Part shown: positions 1-10,515 of the stretch, piece by piece
Numbering within the stretch: the stretch's first letter is position 1
How the letters are laid out: the number at the start of each line of letters is the position of its first letter
Source: Epithemia pelagica
Lineage: Eukaryota > Protista > Bacillariophyta
Reading direction: 5' to 3'
Length of the DNA: 64,000 bases
Assembly: GCA_946965045.2 (NCBI GenBank)
Contig: OX337240.1
Location: forward strand, 62,001 to 126,000
Notes under the pieces: model-generated
Told to the model about the DNA's origin: nothing
Seen by the model: the letters and a program-made list of their open reading frames with translations, nothing else
Database searches by the model: none
Translations under genes and position numbers: made by a program

Positions 1-3000
1 GCCCGAAGAAGACCATCCCTCTCCGCCTTTACAGTGAGAAGAGACAGTGTTGGAGCCTTGAGTAGTGGTGGTAAATGGAACGACGACGACAACGACGATC
101 CAGATTCTCCTCCATTGGCAAAACGGTATCCTTCCTTCTCTCCTCAACAGACTGTGTCACCCAAACGTTCCTCTCCCCAGAAACGCCACAAGAAGTATGG
201 CAATGATAATGACGACGACGACAAGGCCAATCATGTGCCTTCACTGACCTACACCACGGATGAATCCGATGTGTGGAGAGGACACACAGCCTTGGACCAT
301 TTTCAACGACGGTACGTCCAATCTATACTCTTATATATTGTATTCGAATCAAAGCAAAAATGGACCAATTCAGTTCAGCGCTTGTGTTTGCGTTTGCTCC
401 ATGGGTAAAGTGTTGTCTTGTGCGTTGTTGCGGTGTGCCTTTTCTCTCATCCAAAACAATGACTTGCTTTCCTTTCTTTCTTTCGTTTCCTGTCTGCTGG
501 ATTGAACCCATGGAATTTGGAAATGTTAAACAGGGGTCAGTTTTGGAATGCCGGAAAACTCAAGGCCTTTCGACGATATTCCATCATTGCCTGGACGGGT
601 ATTTTGCAAGGGTGTGTTGCCTATGCCACCAATTTGGTTTCCAGTGCCTTGATTGAGTTCAAATATGAGACAACACAAGACTTGTTGACACGACAATTGC
701 AAACCGTAGAAGGACAATCCGCAGAGCCGTCCCTCTGGTGGGGACCCGCATTTTGGTTTTTTGTAACTATCCAATTCACCTGTGCCGTCGTCGCCACAGC
801 TGCCGTGTATTTGGTCCCCACCAGTGCTGGATCGGGAATTCCCGAAGTCAAGTGCTTTTTAAATGGCATTGATATTCCCAATGTCGGTGCCCTTTCCACC
901 TTGATTGCCAAAGTCCTTGGTGTCACGGCCAGTGTCAGTGCGGGGTTTCCCGTTGGAAAAGAAGGACCCATGGTACACAGTGGAGCTGTCATTGCGACAG
1001 TGTTGGCAACACGGACCAATCTACGAGGAGGCGGCGACAGCGAACAAGAGGCATCAATCAACAACAACAACAACAATGACCCCTCGACGCGATCCTCGTA
1101 TTCCTTCTTTTCCTCCTCCACCAACAGTACTACGACATCCAGGGCGAATTCATCATCTTCCTCTCCCCTGCGCAATGATACCAAGGTTCGTGATCTCGTG
1201 GTCTGTGGTGCCGCCGCCGGTGTCTGTACCGCCTTTTCGGCACCCATTGGTGGTATTTTGTTTGCCTTGGAAGAAGGTGCGAGTTATTGGGGACCTTCCT
1301 TGACTTGGCGTACCTTTTTTTGTTCCATGGTCGCCTTTACCAGTCTCCTCATGCTCAATACCTTGGGAACCATGTTTGGTAAGGTGGGATTTGACAAGCT
1401 CTTTAGCTTTGGCAATTTTATTTACGAACAAGGAGGCTTTTCCAGTTTTGCTGTCTATGAATTGTTTGGCTTTGTGGCGATTGGAGCCTTGGGTGGATTG
1501 GTTGGAGCCGTTTTTAATCATACCAATCAAGTCTTGACTCAATGGCGACTGCAATACATTCATCCTGTCCGACACCCACTTCGAAGATGCCTCGAAGTAC
1601 TCTTCTTGTCTATCGTTACCTCCATTGTGAGCTTTGTCTTGCCTCTCTACGTGTGGCGGAAATGTACGGTCCTTCCTCGAACCAACCTTGAGGCATTGAC
1701 GGAATCGCAAGTGGCCGTCGAAGAAGAATTGATACAAGAATTGGTCCAATTCAATTGTCCTTCTGGTTATTACAATGAATTGGCTTCTTTGATTTTTACC
1801 GATGCCGGCGTCGCGATTCGACACTTGTTTCATTTGCACGAACACGCCTTTTCGGATGGAACCCTGTTGCTCTTTTTTGGAGTCTACATTTCACTGGCCG
1901 TGGTCGTCTATGGCATTGCCATTCCCTCGGGATTGTTTGTTCCCAGTTTGCTCAGTGGAGCCGCACTGGGACGGTATTTGGGAAATTTAGCCTTTCGCAT
2001 CGTCCTAGCCTTGGGAGAACAACAAGGCGGAAGCATGAGCAGTCGGACCACGGCCGATGTTTTGGCCTTTTCCAATACCTATGCCTTGGTGGGTGCCGCA
2101 GCCGTTTTGGGCGGTATGGCCCGCATGACCATTAGCCTGACTGTCATTTTGTTGGAGTGCACGGGAAATGAGCAATACGTACTACCGCTCATGTTGACGC
2201 TCATGACGGCACGGTTGGTTGGCGAATTGTTCAATCATGACTTGTATCACATTCACATTCATTTCAAGCCCGGGGTGCACTTTTTGGAAGCCGAATTGAA
2301 ATCCAGTCCGCGGTATCATGAGTAAGTGAAGTTATGAGTGCGGCGTCTTGTGTGCTGTGCTGTGTGCTTGCTGTCGTGTTGGTCGGTTGCATGTTCTGCC
2401 TTGTCCTATTCTCATTTCTTTTTCTTTTTTCTCAGTTTGATTGCCCGACAAATCATGAGTGACAAGGTGGTCTTTTTCCGTCCCGTGGAAAAAGTGGGCA
2501 ATGTCGTGACGACTCTCATGTCCTATCCTCATTCCTTCTTTCCCGTGGTGGATCCCAAAGACAATGGAGTCTTGTTTGGCACGATTGGTCGCAATGAATT
2601 GTGTGTCTTGTTGCAACAACGAGCCTTTGGACCACAACCTTCTTCTGCTGCTTCCACAACAAGCGGCGGCTTGTCTGATAATCCACAGGTTCATGTGATT
2701 CAGTATCAAGGTCAAACCTTTACTCCGTTGGTCCAATGGACCGAACTCGAAAAGACGGATCACCCGCGATATCCCGACATTCAACAAATTGTACGGCATT
2801 CGTTGCGACATGGAGACCAAGATTGTCTCATGGATCTACGACCCTACGCCAATACAGCTCCGATTACCATTCAACAAAAGGCATCCATTGGAGTACGTTA
2901 CTATTATTTGTGCGCATGTAGTAGTATGTGCATCGTGTTCTGTCAGGAGCTCCCTTGTCTCACCATTCTGTTTGTCTCTACTGCGCGTGTGTGTTCTTTG

Positions 3001-3160
3001 TCACTTGCAGCGTACCTACCAACTCTTTCGCACCTTGGGAATGCGGTTTCTTTCCGTGGTGAATCGGTACAATCAAGTCGTGGGAACCATTACCCGTGCC
3101 GATTTGTCACCGGAATCCTTGGCCAAGACGGTCCTGGTGCATGGCAAAAAGAATCGATGA
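1..3160 (+). CDS. CLC: CLC-family (CLC-6/7-like) chloride/proton antiporter with C-terminal CBS domains; 5' end lies outside the window
   Basis: Motifs GSGIPE, GKEGP (gating Glu), LFALEE (proton Glu) and GLFVP. Inferred exons <1-311, 534-2321, 2436-2892, 3011-3160 with GTACGT/GTAAGT...CAG introns. Splicing joins HFQRR-GQFWNAGK, YHD-LIARQIM and ASIG-RTYQLFRTLGMRFL (CBS2) in frame. Confidence 0.93.
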
Positions 3161-3735
3161 CACGTACGCATACAAGAGCAGGAGGGGTCTTGGAGTTTCA
3201 GTTTGCGTGTATTCGAGTGGGGAGAACGAGGAGGAAACTCCGTGGGATTGGAAACTGGCCATGACATGGACGGAATTCCAAGATCATGATCCCAAGAAGA
3301 TGTGTGATCTGTGATGGCATCAAGCCACGGCAACGAGCCTCCTGGTGGTTGTGTTCTGCCTCGGACCTGGCCAACTTTCGTCTCGAATGAGATAGGTAGA
3401 AGTAATGCAATGGTTGGAGGATGGTGTCCCGTCTCCCGTCACTTTCTCACGTCCGAAGCGATACTAGTTCATAGCACGGCTAGCTTTCTAGTCTTGTTCA
3501 AGTCGCCCATAGGTCGCTGATTCATACGCATTTACTTCACGAGCAAATGAATTCTTAAGAAAAACTGAGAGGATGATCCTCCGTCCATTGGCATGTGTCG
3601 TCACTCCATCAGCATTGCATTCGACGAACTCCTTGGACGTCGTTCGTTGAAAAAGATCTCCAGCCATTGTGTGCTTACAATCTTGACAGCTGGGACTTTC
3701 CTCGTTTCCACGTACAATCCAGATTCTGTTTCATT

Positions 3736-4599
3736 ATGGTGGGTTCTTCTTCGTCGTCGTTTGATGTCACGTACGAACGCATGGATTTGGAAGTGGCGGC
3801 CGCTCATGTATTGGGACCGGGCCTCCCACCGTTTACGATTCGATGGCAACTGGATGGATATTGGCCAACCGTGGTATTGGTGACCTTGGCCGTCTGGTAT
3901 TACTTTTATTTGGTACCCATTTACTTTCCCTCGACCAAACCACAAACGCCCAAAGAAATTGTCCGGACCCACGAGTGGCGGAATTGGCACAATGCCAGTT
4001 TGTTTGTCTACAGCGCTGCGAGTTGCGCGGCAGCCCTCTCGTTTATGATCCAGGATGGTTCCTTTACCAGTTTGGATCGCATGCTCTGTTCCGGCGTCCA
4101 GGGGACTTGGATGCGTCCCGTTTCGGCGCTCTTTACCCTGTCCAAACTCTGGGAATGGATCGACACGGCCTTTTTGGTCTGGTTGGGTCGCAGTCCACCG
4201 CAATTTTTGCATACCTACCATCATGCCACCACCTTTTGGTTGTTTTTGTTTGTCATGAATTTGCCCTGTGAAAAGTGCGGGGTTCTCCTCAATGGCTTTG
4301 TCCATACGCTCATGTACCATCATTATTGGAAACCCTGGCCCAAACGATTCGTTCCGTGGATTACCCTGTGTCAAATTTTGCAACTCGTGACGGTCACGTA
4401 CTTGTGGACCCTTTCCCCCTTTGTGTGTGGAACAAATGTGCCATGGTCCGACTTGCACGTGTTGCAATTGCCCTGCAAATGGAATCGGATCGACTATTGG
4501 ACCTTTGTGACACCCTATGCCATGGTCCCCGTCTTTTTGTATTACTTTGTCGCCTACTTTGTGAAACGGTTCGTTTGGAAAAAACCCAAGGCGGCCTAA
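3736..4599 (+). CDS. ELO: GNS1/SUR4 (ELO) fatty-acid elongase
   Basis: KLWEWIDT, HTYHH histidine box, NGFVHTLMY and TLCQILQ motifs; C-terminal KxKxx (KKPKAA) ER-retrieval signal; first plausible ATG at 3736. Confidence 0.92.
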   Translation: MVGSSSSSFDVTYERMDLEVAAAHVLGPGLPPFTIRWQLDGYWPTVVLVTLAVWYYFYLVPIYFPSTKPQTPKEIVRTHEWRNWHNASLFVYSAASCAAALSFMIQDGSFTSLDRMLCSGVQGTWMRPVSALFTLSKLWEWIDTAFLVWLGRSPPQFLHTYHHATTFWLFLFVMNLPCEKCGVLLNGFVHTLMYHHYWKPWPKRFVPWITLCQILQLVTVTYLWTLSPFVCGTNVPWSDLHVLQLPCKWNRIDYWTFVTPYAMVPVFLYYFVAYFVKRFVWKKPKAA

Positions 4600-5385
4600 C
4601 AACAGTCACAACCACAAGTACACACAACACACAACAGGTATTCGATCCGGCAACCACCAAGTACGTCCCTGCGGAACCAAAATGCCTGTGGGATCGTAGG
4701 TGTATCCTAACCACCGTGGACCTCTATCCAATATATCGAAGGAGTGGTCCACCATGAACACAATGCAACAACCACGACGACGACACCGATGCAGCTCTTT
4801 TCCGTGGACGACAGTCCACCGAGTTTCCATAATATTGAGCAAGGATCACCAAACCAAATCTTCTGATAGTAATACTACCGTAGATCCATCGAATGCATCT
4901 AACCTAGAACACATCGAGATTGAGACATGTGCCTGACGCGCTATACCTCTACCTAGCTAGAGAGGTAGGTGTAGTACTCGTATGGTAGGTCCATCGAGAA
5001 GGCTATAGTCGCGCATTCGTTCGAGGCTCGGCATCCTCGGACGCTTGGTCGGTTGATTTTGGTCGTATTCCCGGTAGTGTCACGAACGTTGCACCGGACA
5101 CCACGCCCGTCCATCCAATGCTGTACACACACGCTCCTCCCGTCGCCAATCTCGTCTCCATCATAGTTATATCGTCTTGTCTCTCTCTTTTTGGTTGTTG
5201 TGTTGTGGTTCGTTCGTGGTCATCTCGTTCTCTTTTGTTGGAGCATCATTCCAACAAACCAACCAACAAAGTGAAAGCCAAAACCCCAGTACGAAACGAG
5301 GAAACCAAGAGCATTGATAAATTCATTCTGTTCTCGTTGCGCTTCATTCGATAGAGTACATTCATAACAACAATTCATCATCATC

Positions 5386-6554
5386 ATGTCAGAAGTGATT
5401 CAAGGGTATGATGCTTGCCCCTCATGGGCGCCGGCCTTGTACGTTGTCGTGAACAAAATTCGGAGCCAAAAGGACTGAAACCAGCGGAATACCAACATTT
5501 CTCACATTCATTTCATTGTTTTCTTGCTCTCACTGTTTCTCGATCTCTTGTCTCGTGTTGGGATGTTGTGCTGCTTTTCGGCATTGGTTGGCTCGACCAC
5601 AAACCAATTCACATACTATTCTGTAACAACAATCATCATCATCATCATCCTGTCATTCTCTTCTGATTATGATGCGTACGCTCCCTTTTGGACACTCTTC
5701 CTTGGGCGATTGGCATTCATGATGCGCGTTGCTCTCGAAATGGCTCCATCTGTTTCCCCTCTTGTGTGTGTGTCGGTGCAATCTCCTCGGTTCCCATTCA
5801 TGTCAGTGGTTATTTGGGTGCCTCGCTGTGTATGATTTTTGCCTCGTGGGGATCGGCGTGGGGCACGTGGCGTGCTGGATTGGGCGTGTGTCACATGGGC
5901 ATTGATCATCCGGCTGGTATTATCAAGACGATTGTTCCCATTGTCATGGCCGGTGTTTTGGGTATTTATGGCTTGATTGTTTCCGTCATTATTACTCAAG
6001 CCGTTGCACCGCCCTCCCAAGCCGATGGGACCAATACCTATTCCACCTACAATGCCTATACACATGTACGTATTAGAACGATATGGAACGAGAGATGGAC
6101 ACTAGAGAGCCAGAGAGCGAGGACATGCAGGATGATGATGATTGCTTCCTCTTGTTGGTTGTTACTGACATTTTTTGCTGCATTGCTGTTGTTGGTTCCT
6201 TGGTTGTAGTTGGCGGCTGGTTTGTGTTGTGGCTTGTCGTGTTTGGCCGCCGGTGGAACGATTGGTATTTTGGGCGATGTCGGGGTCCGAGCCTTTGGTT
6301 TGACGGCCGAACAGGGCAACAAGTGGTTTTGGGATCCCGCCGCCTTGGAAGCCGCCGCGGCGGGTGGTGCCGGGGAAGGTCCAGATGATGGAGCGGCCGC
6401 CGCCGCACCCGTCTTTACCAACAAGAATGCCGCCGAATCGGCCAACAAACTCTATGTGGGTATGCTGATTATGCTCATTTTTTCCGAAGCCCTGGCCTTG
6501 TATGGTCTCATTGTCGCACTCATTTTGTCCCAACACAATTACTTGTGCAATTAA
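5386..6554 (+). CDS. VHA-c: V-type H+-ATPase proteolipid subunit c (divergent, with loop insertion)
   Basis: Exons 5386-5438, 5807-6065, 6210-6554 (GTACGT donors). Spliced protein [19 protein letters not shown]...[14 protein letters not shown]...[28 protein letters not shown]...[16 protein letters not shown] has four TM helices and keeps the essential TM4 Glu. Confidence 0.9.
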
Positions 6555-6850
6555 GTAAGTTACACAAATGAGGCACTCCCATTGTAAAGTATACTAGTTT
6601 CACAATACGATCCTTTCATTCGAGAAATATGCTCTAGAGAGACACACTCACATATTTATACATATGCCTTGTCTGGCAATGAAACAGTCTGTCTAGGATA
6701 CGTAGCCAGTTTGGAAGGAATCATACAAAATGAAACGTACTAACTCCATACCAGACTGTGTAGGTAGTTCGTCTCACATTTTTATACTACAGTAGGAATT
6801 TTTTGTACGACCGGGAGTAGTTTCGTGCGAGTCGCGCGGTTTCCCTCTCG

Positions 6851-6891
6851 TGTGTGACACTTGTGTGACACTTGTGTGACACTTTGTGACA
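6851..6891. repeat. 11-bp tandem repeat (TGTGTGACACT)x3 plus a partial copy
   Basis: Read directly from the sequence. Confidence 0.9.
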
Positions 6892-6946
6892 TGGCTTCCA
6901 GGAATTTCTCACTACCTACACAGCTTGATAGGGAGTAAGTTTACTA

Positions 6947-7116
6947 CTTCCCTGTGTCTGGCCGTCCTCTCGCGTCGGGCGCGCCCGGCTTGTCGGGAGA
7001 ATGACTCGACGGGCAATTGTCTTGTCGGGCGTGCGCCCTCCTCGACCATTGCCCTCCTCGTCATTCTACCCTCCGCGCCGGGCGGTCCCTCCTTGAAAGG
7101 ACTCGACACCGGGAAG
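6947..7116. mobile_element. Putative Stowaway-like (Tc1/mariner) MITE, 170 bp
   Basis: Terminal inverted repeats CTTCCCTGTGTC / GACACCGGGAAG (11/12 match), TA on both flanks, GC-rich non-coding interior. Confidence 0.5.
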
Positions 7117-7569
7117 TATTAATACTAACTATATACATGAAAGATTATCCGCTACCAACAAGGAACACACACAGTACCATGAGAGAGACTGCAATCAAAA
7201 CCCCAAACTACCTAGGAGTAGATAGTACTCGGTTGTTGCCCTTCTCCAGAATGAGCAACCCGAGGTGTGCCTGTTGACATGTACTGCTGCTCCGTTTCTA
7301 GATCCGCCTACCAATTCATCGGTGCGTGTCGAAACATGACCAAGACAGATAGGAGGGACATTCCAGGAGTAGTGTTTTCTCTTTGATCTTTGGTGTGTCG
7401 TCGTCCAGTGAGAAGCATGCAACTGGCCGAGAGGCTGGACAATGATGTGTCTTCACTTCTTGCTCTTGGTGGTGGTCGTCGTCGCCTCTACTAGAGAGGG
7501 CAGACCCCTCGCGGACAGAACCCAGGGCTTGTCTCGTTGGTAGGCTCTACAAGAGCGAACGCGTGCAAT

Positions 7570-10515
7570 CTATGTATGGTTGTGCGATGTCGTGATTCCC
7601 CAACTAGACATGGCCTGTCGCATATCAATCCGAAAGCCCAAACCACGATGTTCTCCCATCATTCGTATTCGTCGACGGGGTTGTCCATTGCTATAATATT
7701 GATTGCTGTTGTGGTGATTGTTCTGTGCATGAGGGTGATTGGGGGTGTTGCTGTTGGTTGGATGGTGATTGGATGCCTGTGGAGAATAATGCGCCTTGTT
7801 CTTTTTCAAAGAGGAGACTACCAACCCACTGTGTCCAGACAGACCGGTACGAAAGTTGATGGCGGAATCAAAGGACGAAATGGGCTGCAGGACTGGTATC
7901 AGAGTGCTGGTAGTACTTCCCGGTGTGGTATTGACGCGTCCCGAAATGGTCGTTCGAGGAGTCGACGGTGTGGATGGGAGTTGTGGATGAGACTGTGTTC
8001 GTCGACCATTCCCATCCTCGTCTTCTGTATTGTTGTTGTTGTGGCTGGGAAGGATACTACTGCTGCTGCTCGTTTGGGGATTGGTATCATCGTTGGTTCG
8101 GGGAAAGGGAAGAAACAAGTCTCGTACCACTGGATCTGTGCTTTCCGACATGAATCCGGTCGACAGCAAGTTGGTCACACATCCAAAGGTGATATCCACT
8201 TGATCATTATCCACCACGGGTGTTTGTCTTGTGGTAGTATTGGAAAGTGGCGGCATGAGACTGAGATTGTCATCACTGTTGCGATGTGCTTGATCCAGGT
8301 CCGAGTTGTCAATCGTCTTGGGGGTATCGGGTGTTACTTGATGCTGCTGTGGTGGTGTCGTTGTCGCAAGACCCATGAGGCCTCCAATCGACGTGGTGGG
8401 ATGCATTCGATTGGGTGCCGTCGGTGTCCGCAACAATGGCTGAATTAATTGCGTCGGTGGAGTTTGTGGAACCGGGGCAGCTTGTGTATCGGTCGGATCG
8501 GCACTCGACGTGAGCGCCAAGGGCGGTGACTCATGGTCTTCCGGTTGGTTCGTGTCACGGGCCTCAACAGTTTGTTTGGAGGCCGTCTCGGGGGAGACCA
8601 ATGCCCTTTCTTCTTCTTTTTCTTCTGCAGTAGCAGCATTCAATGACACTTGAGAGGACGTTTCCGATACGACGGCATGGTCCTCGGACCGCTGCTGCAC
8701 GACTTGAATCTTGTGATAGAGCGCTCGGCAGAGATTGGAATTGGCCCGAGCCTTGGACTCCAACGCACGACCGTCGCGGGCCAAGGTCTCCAACAATCCT
8801 TCCAACCGACAGGATTCGTCCGTGGCCGGTTTCACCTTGACCAGTTGCGAATGCGTGGCAAGGATAAAGCCTTGATTTCGTGCTAGTGTCACAACGCCAT
8901 CGACAAAGGAAACGGCTTGGACCGTTTGGCCATACTTGATACGAAAGGGTTCCTGGGTGACAAGGGGCGGCGCGGCTCCCAATGCCGACGCCGTCTTGGT
9001 AATGGAAGGAGGGGGGCGAGGAGACCTTCTTCGATGGCGACTGACAGCGCTTCGATCGGGGCTTCGGCCTCGTCGATCGCCGGATCGAAGTTTGGTCCAG
9101 GAGCGACTGCCACTGCTGTTTGTGCGAGGGATTCCTCCTGCCACCGCAGCGATCGAGTCCTTGGTCCCAAACACACGACGTCGAGATATGGAGTGATGCG
9201 AGTGTGCTTCTTCTGGTTCTTCTGATCTTCGAGTGGAATCTTCCTCCTTCTGCTTTTGTGAGAGGGCCGTTCGGGTCGGTGCACTGTTGATCGATGCCAA
9301 AGAAGGAGATCCTGCTTGTCGCCGACGTTGGATAATTTCTTCAAGTCGTCGTTTCCTCATGCGCAAGGTCGTCAAATCTTTGCTTCCACCACTACCCCGC
9401 TGCTGCTGCTGAGTCTTGGAGGTCGAGTCGCCTCGTGGTGGTGGTTCCACCGAGGAGGACGATGAACAATAACTCACGGAGCAATTGGCCGAAGAGGATT
9501 CCTTGAGGACCGCCGCGTCATCGACCAACTCTTTGGTGGGTTTGTGGTAGGGCTTTTGATAGTGTTGCAACTGCCGTTGCAGCTGTCGGTGTCGCTTCTT
9601 GCGGGGATCCTTGGGCAAGACAATCAAACCTTGTTTTTCCTTGACGGCATAGGTTCCACACGACCCAGTCATGGTTTCGACACTCTTGAGGACCCGATCC
9701 AGTTCCCGTTTGCCTTGAGTTTCGTCATCCAATTCTTCGTCGTCGTCGTCGTCCTCTTCAAAGGAATTGCCTTGGGTGGCCGGATTCTTGAACGCATCGT
9801 CGTCGCCCAAATCCGACGACGCCGAAGGAGCAGTCGTCAAGTCTTCTTCGTCGTCGTCGTCGTCCTCTCGACTACTCCCTCGTCGTGCGTGGGCAATCGA
9901 AACATCCACTTCATCGGGAATACTTACTCGCGAGGATCTCCGGCGACGTCCTTCGGGTGGAAGAATGGCATGCTTGTTGTTTTCTTCATTCTCCTCGTCG
10001 TCATCTTTGGATAATGGCAGTGCCTTGCATCGTTGTTCTTCCGTCGCTTCAATCATGGACAAGAGAACGAGATTCTTGGGAATGAGCAAGGGGACTTGGA
10101 CTGGTGGTTGGGGTGGCGGCGCCAATTGGGCTCCGGCACTGCGATAGCGGGGAGAGGGAAAGATTCCTCCACTGGCGCCTCGAACACTGCGCGGTTGATA
10201 CTGGGGCATATGGTTATTGCGAGGATGGCTGTGGATCGCAGGATTGGTATTGGTATTGCTGGAAGTGTGGTGGGTCGCTTCACTGGGCGTCCAAAAGAGG
10301 GGTTTGCGACATTCCATGCATCGTTTCAATCGTTTGGTACAGGGCAAACAGACATAGGTATGACCGCAGGGCAAGACCATGGGCGGTCGATTGGTGGTAT
10401 CAAATTCATCAAAGCAAATAATGCAATGAAAGGACACGACCGAAGCCACGGTACTCGCCACGGCCGTTGGCTGCTGCGCGGTCCGGGAAGCACTGCCCGA
10501 AGCAGGGGCCGGCAT
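7570..10515 (-). CDS. RING-HC zinc-finger protein (putative E3 ligase), paralog 1, with SH3-like segment and low-complexity linkers
   Basis: C-x2-C-x15-C-x-H-x3-C-x2-C-x6-C-x2-C (CIICFDEF...PCGHTYVCLPC...CMEC); single long ORF; first ATG at 10515. Confidence 0.85.
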   Translation of the reverse strand: MPAPASGSASRTAQQPTAVASTVASVVSFHCIICFDEFDTTNRPPMVLPCGHTYVCLPCTKRLKRCMECRKPLFWTPSEATHHTSSNTNTNPAIHSHPRNNHMPQYQPRSVRGASGGIFPSPRYRSAGAQLAPPPQPPVQVPLLIPKNLVLLSMIEATEEQRCKALPLSKDDDEENEENNKHAILPPEGRRRRSSRVSIPDEVDVSIAHARRGSSREDDDDDEEDLTTAPSASSDLGDDDAFKNPATQGNSFEEDDDDDEELDDETQGKRELDRVLKSVETMTGSCGTYAVKEKQGLIVLPKDPRKKRHRQLQRQLQHYQKPYHKPTKELVDDAAVLKESSSANCSVSYCSSSSSVEPPPRGDSTSKTQQQQRGSGGSKDLTTLRMRKRRLEEIIQRRRQAGSPSLASINSAPTRTALSQKQKEEDSTRRSEEPEEAHSHHSISRRRVFGTKDSIAAVAGGIPRTNSSGSRSWTKLRSGDRRGRSPDRSAVSRHRRRSPRPPPSITKTASALGAAPPLVTQEPFRIKYGQTVQAVSFVDGVVTLARNQGFILATHSQLVKVKPATDESCRLEGLLETLARDGRALESKARANSNLCRALYHKIQVVQQRSEDHAVVSETSSQVSLNAATAEEKEEERALVSPETASKQTVEARDTNQPEDHESPPLALTSSADPTDTQAAPVPQTPPTQLIQPLLRTPTAPNRMHPTTSIGGLMGLATTTPPQQHQVTPDTPKTIDNSDLDQAHRNSDDNLSLMPPLSNTTTRQTPVVDNDQVDITFGCVTNLLSTGFMSESTDPVVRDLFLPFPRTNDDTNPQTSSSSSILPSHNNNNTEDEDGNGRRTQSHPQLPSTPSTPRTTISGRVNTTPGSTTSTLIPVLQPISSFDSAINFRTGLSGHSGLVVSSLKKNKAHYSPQASNHHPTNSNTPNHPHAQNNHHNSNQYYSNGQPRRRIRMMGEHRGLGFRIDMRQAMSSWGITTSHNHT

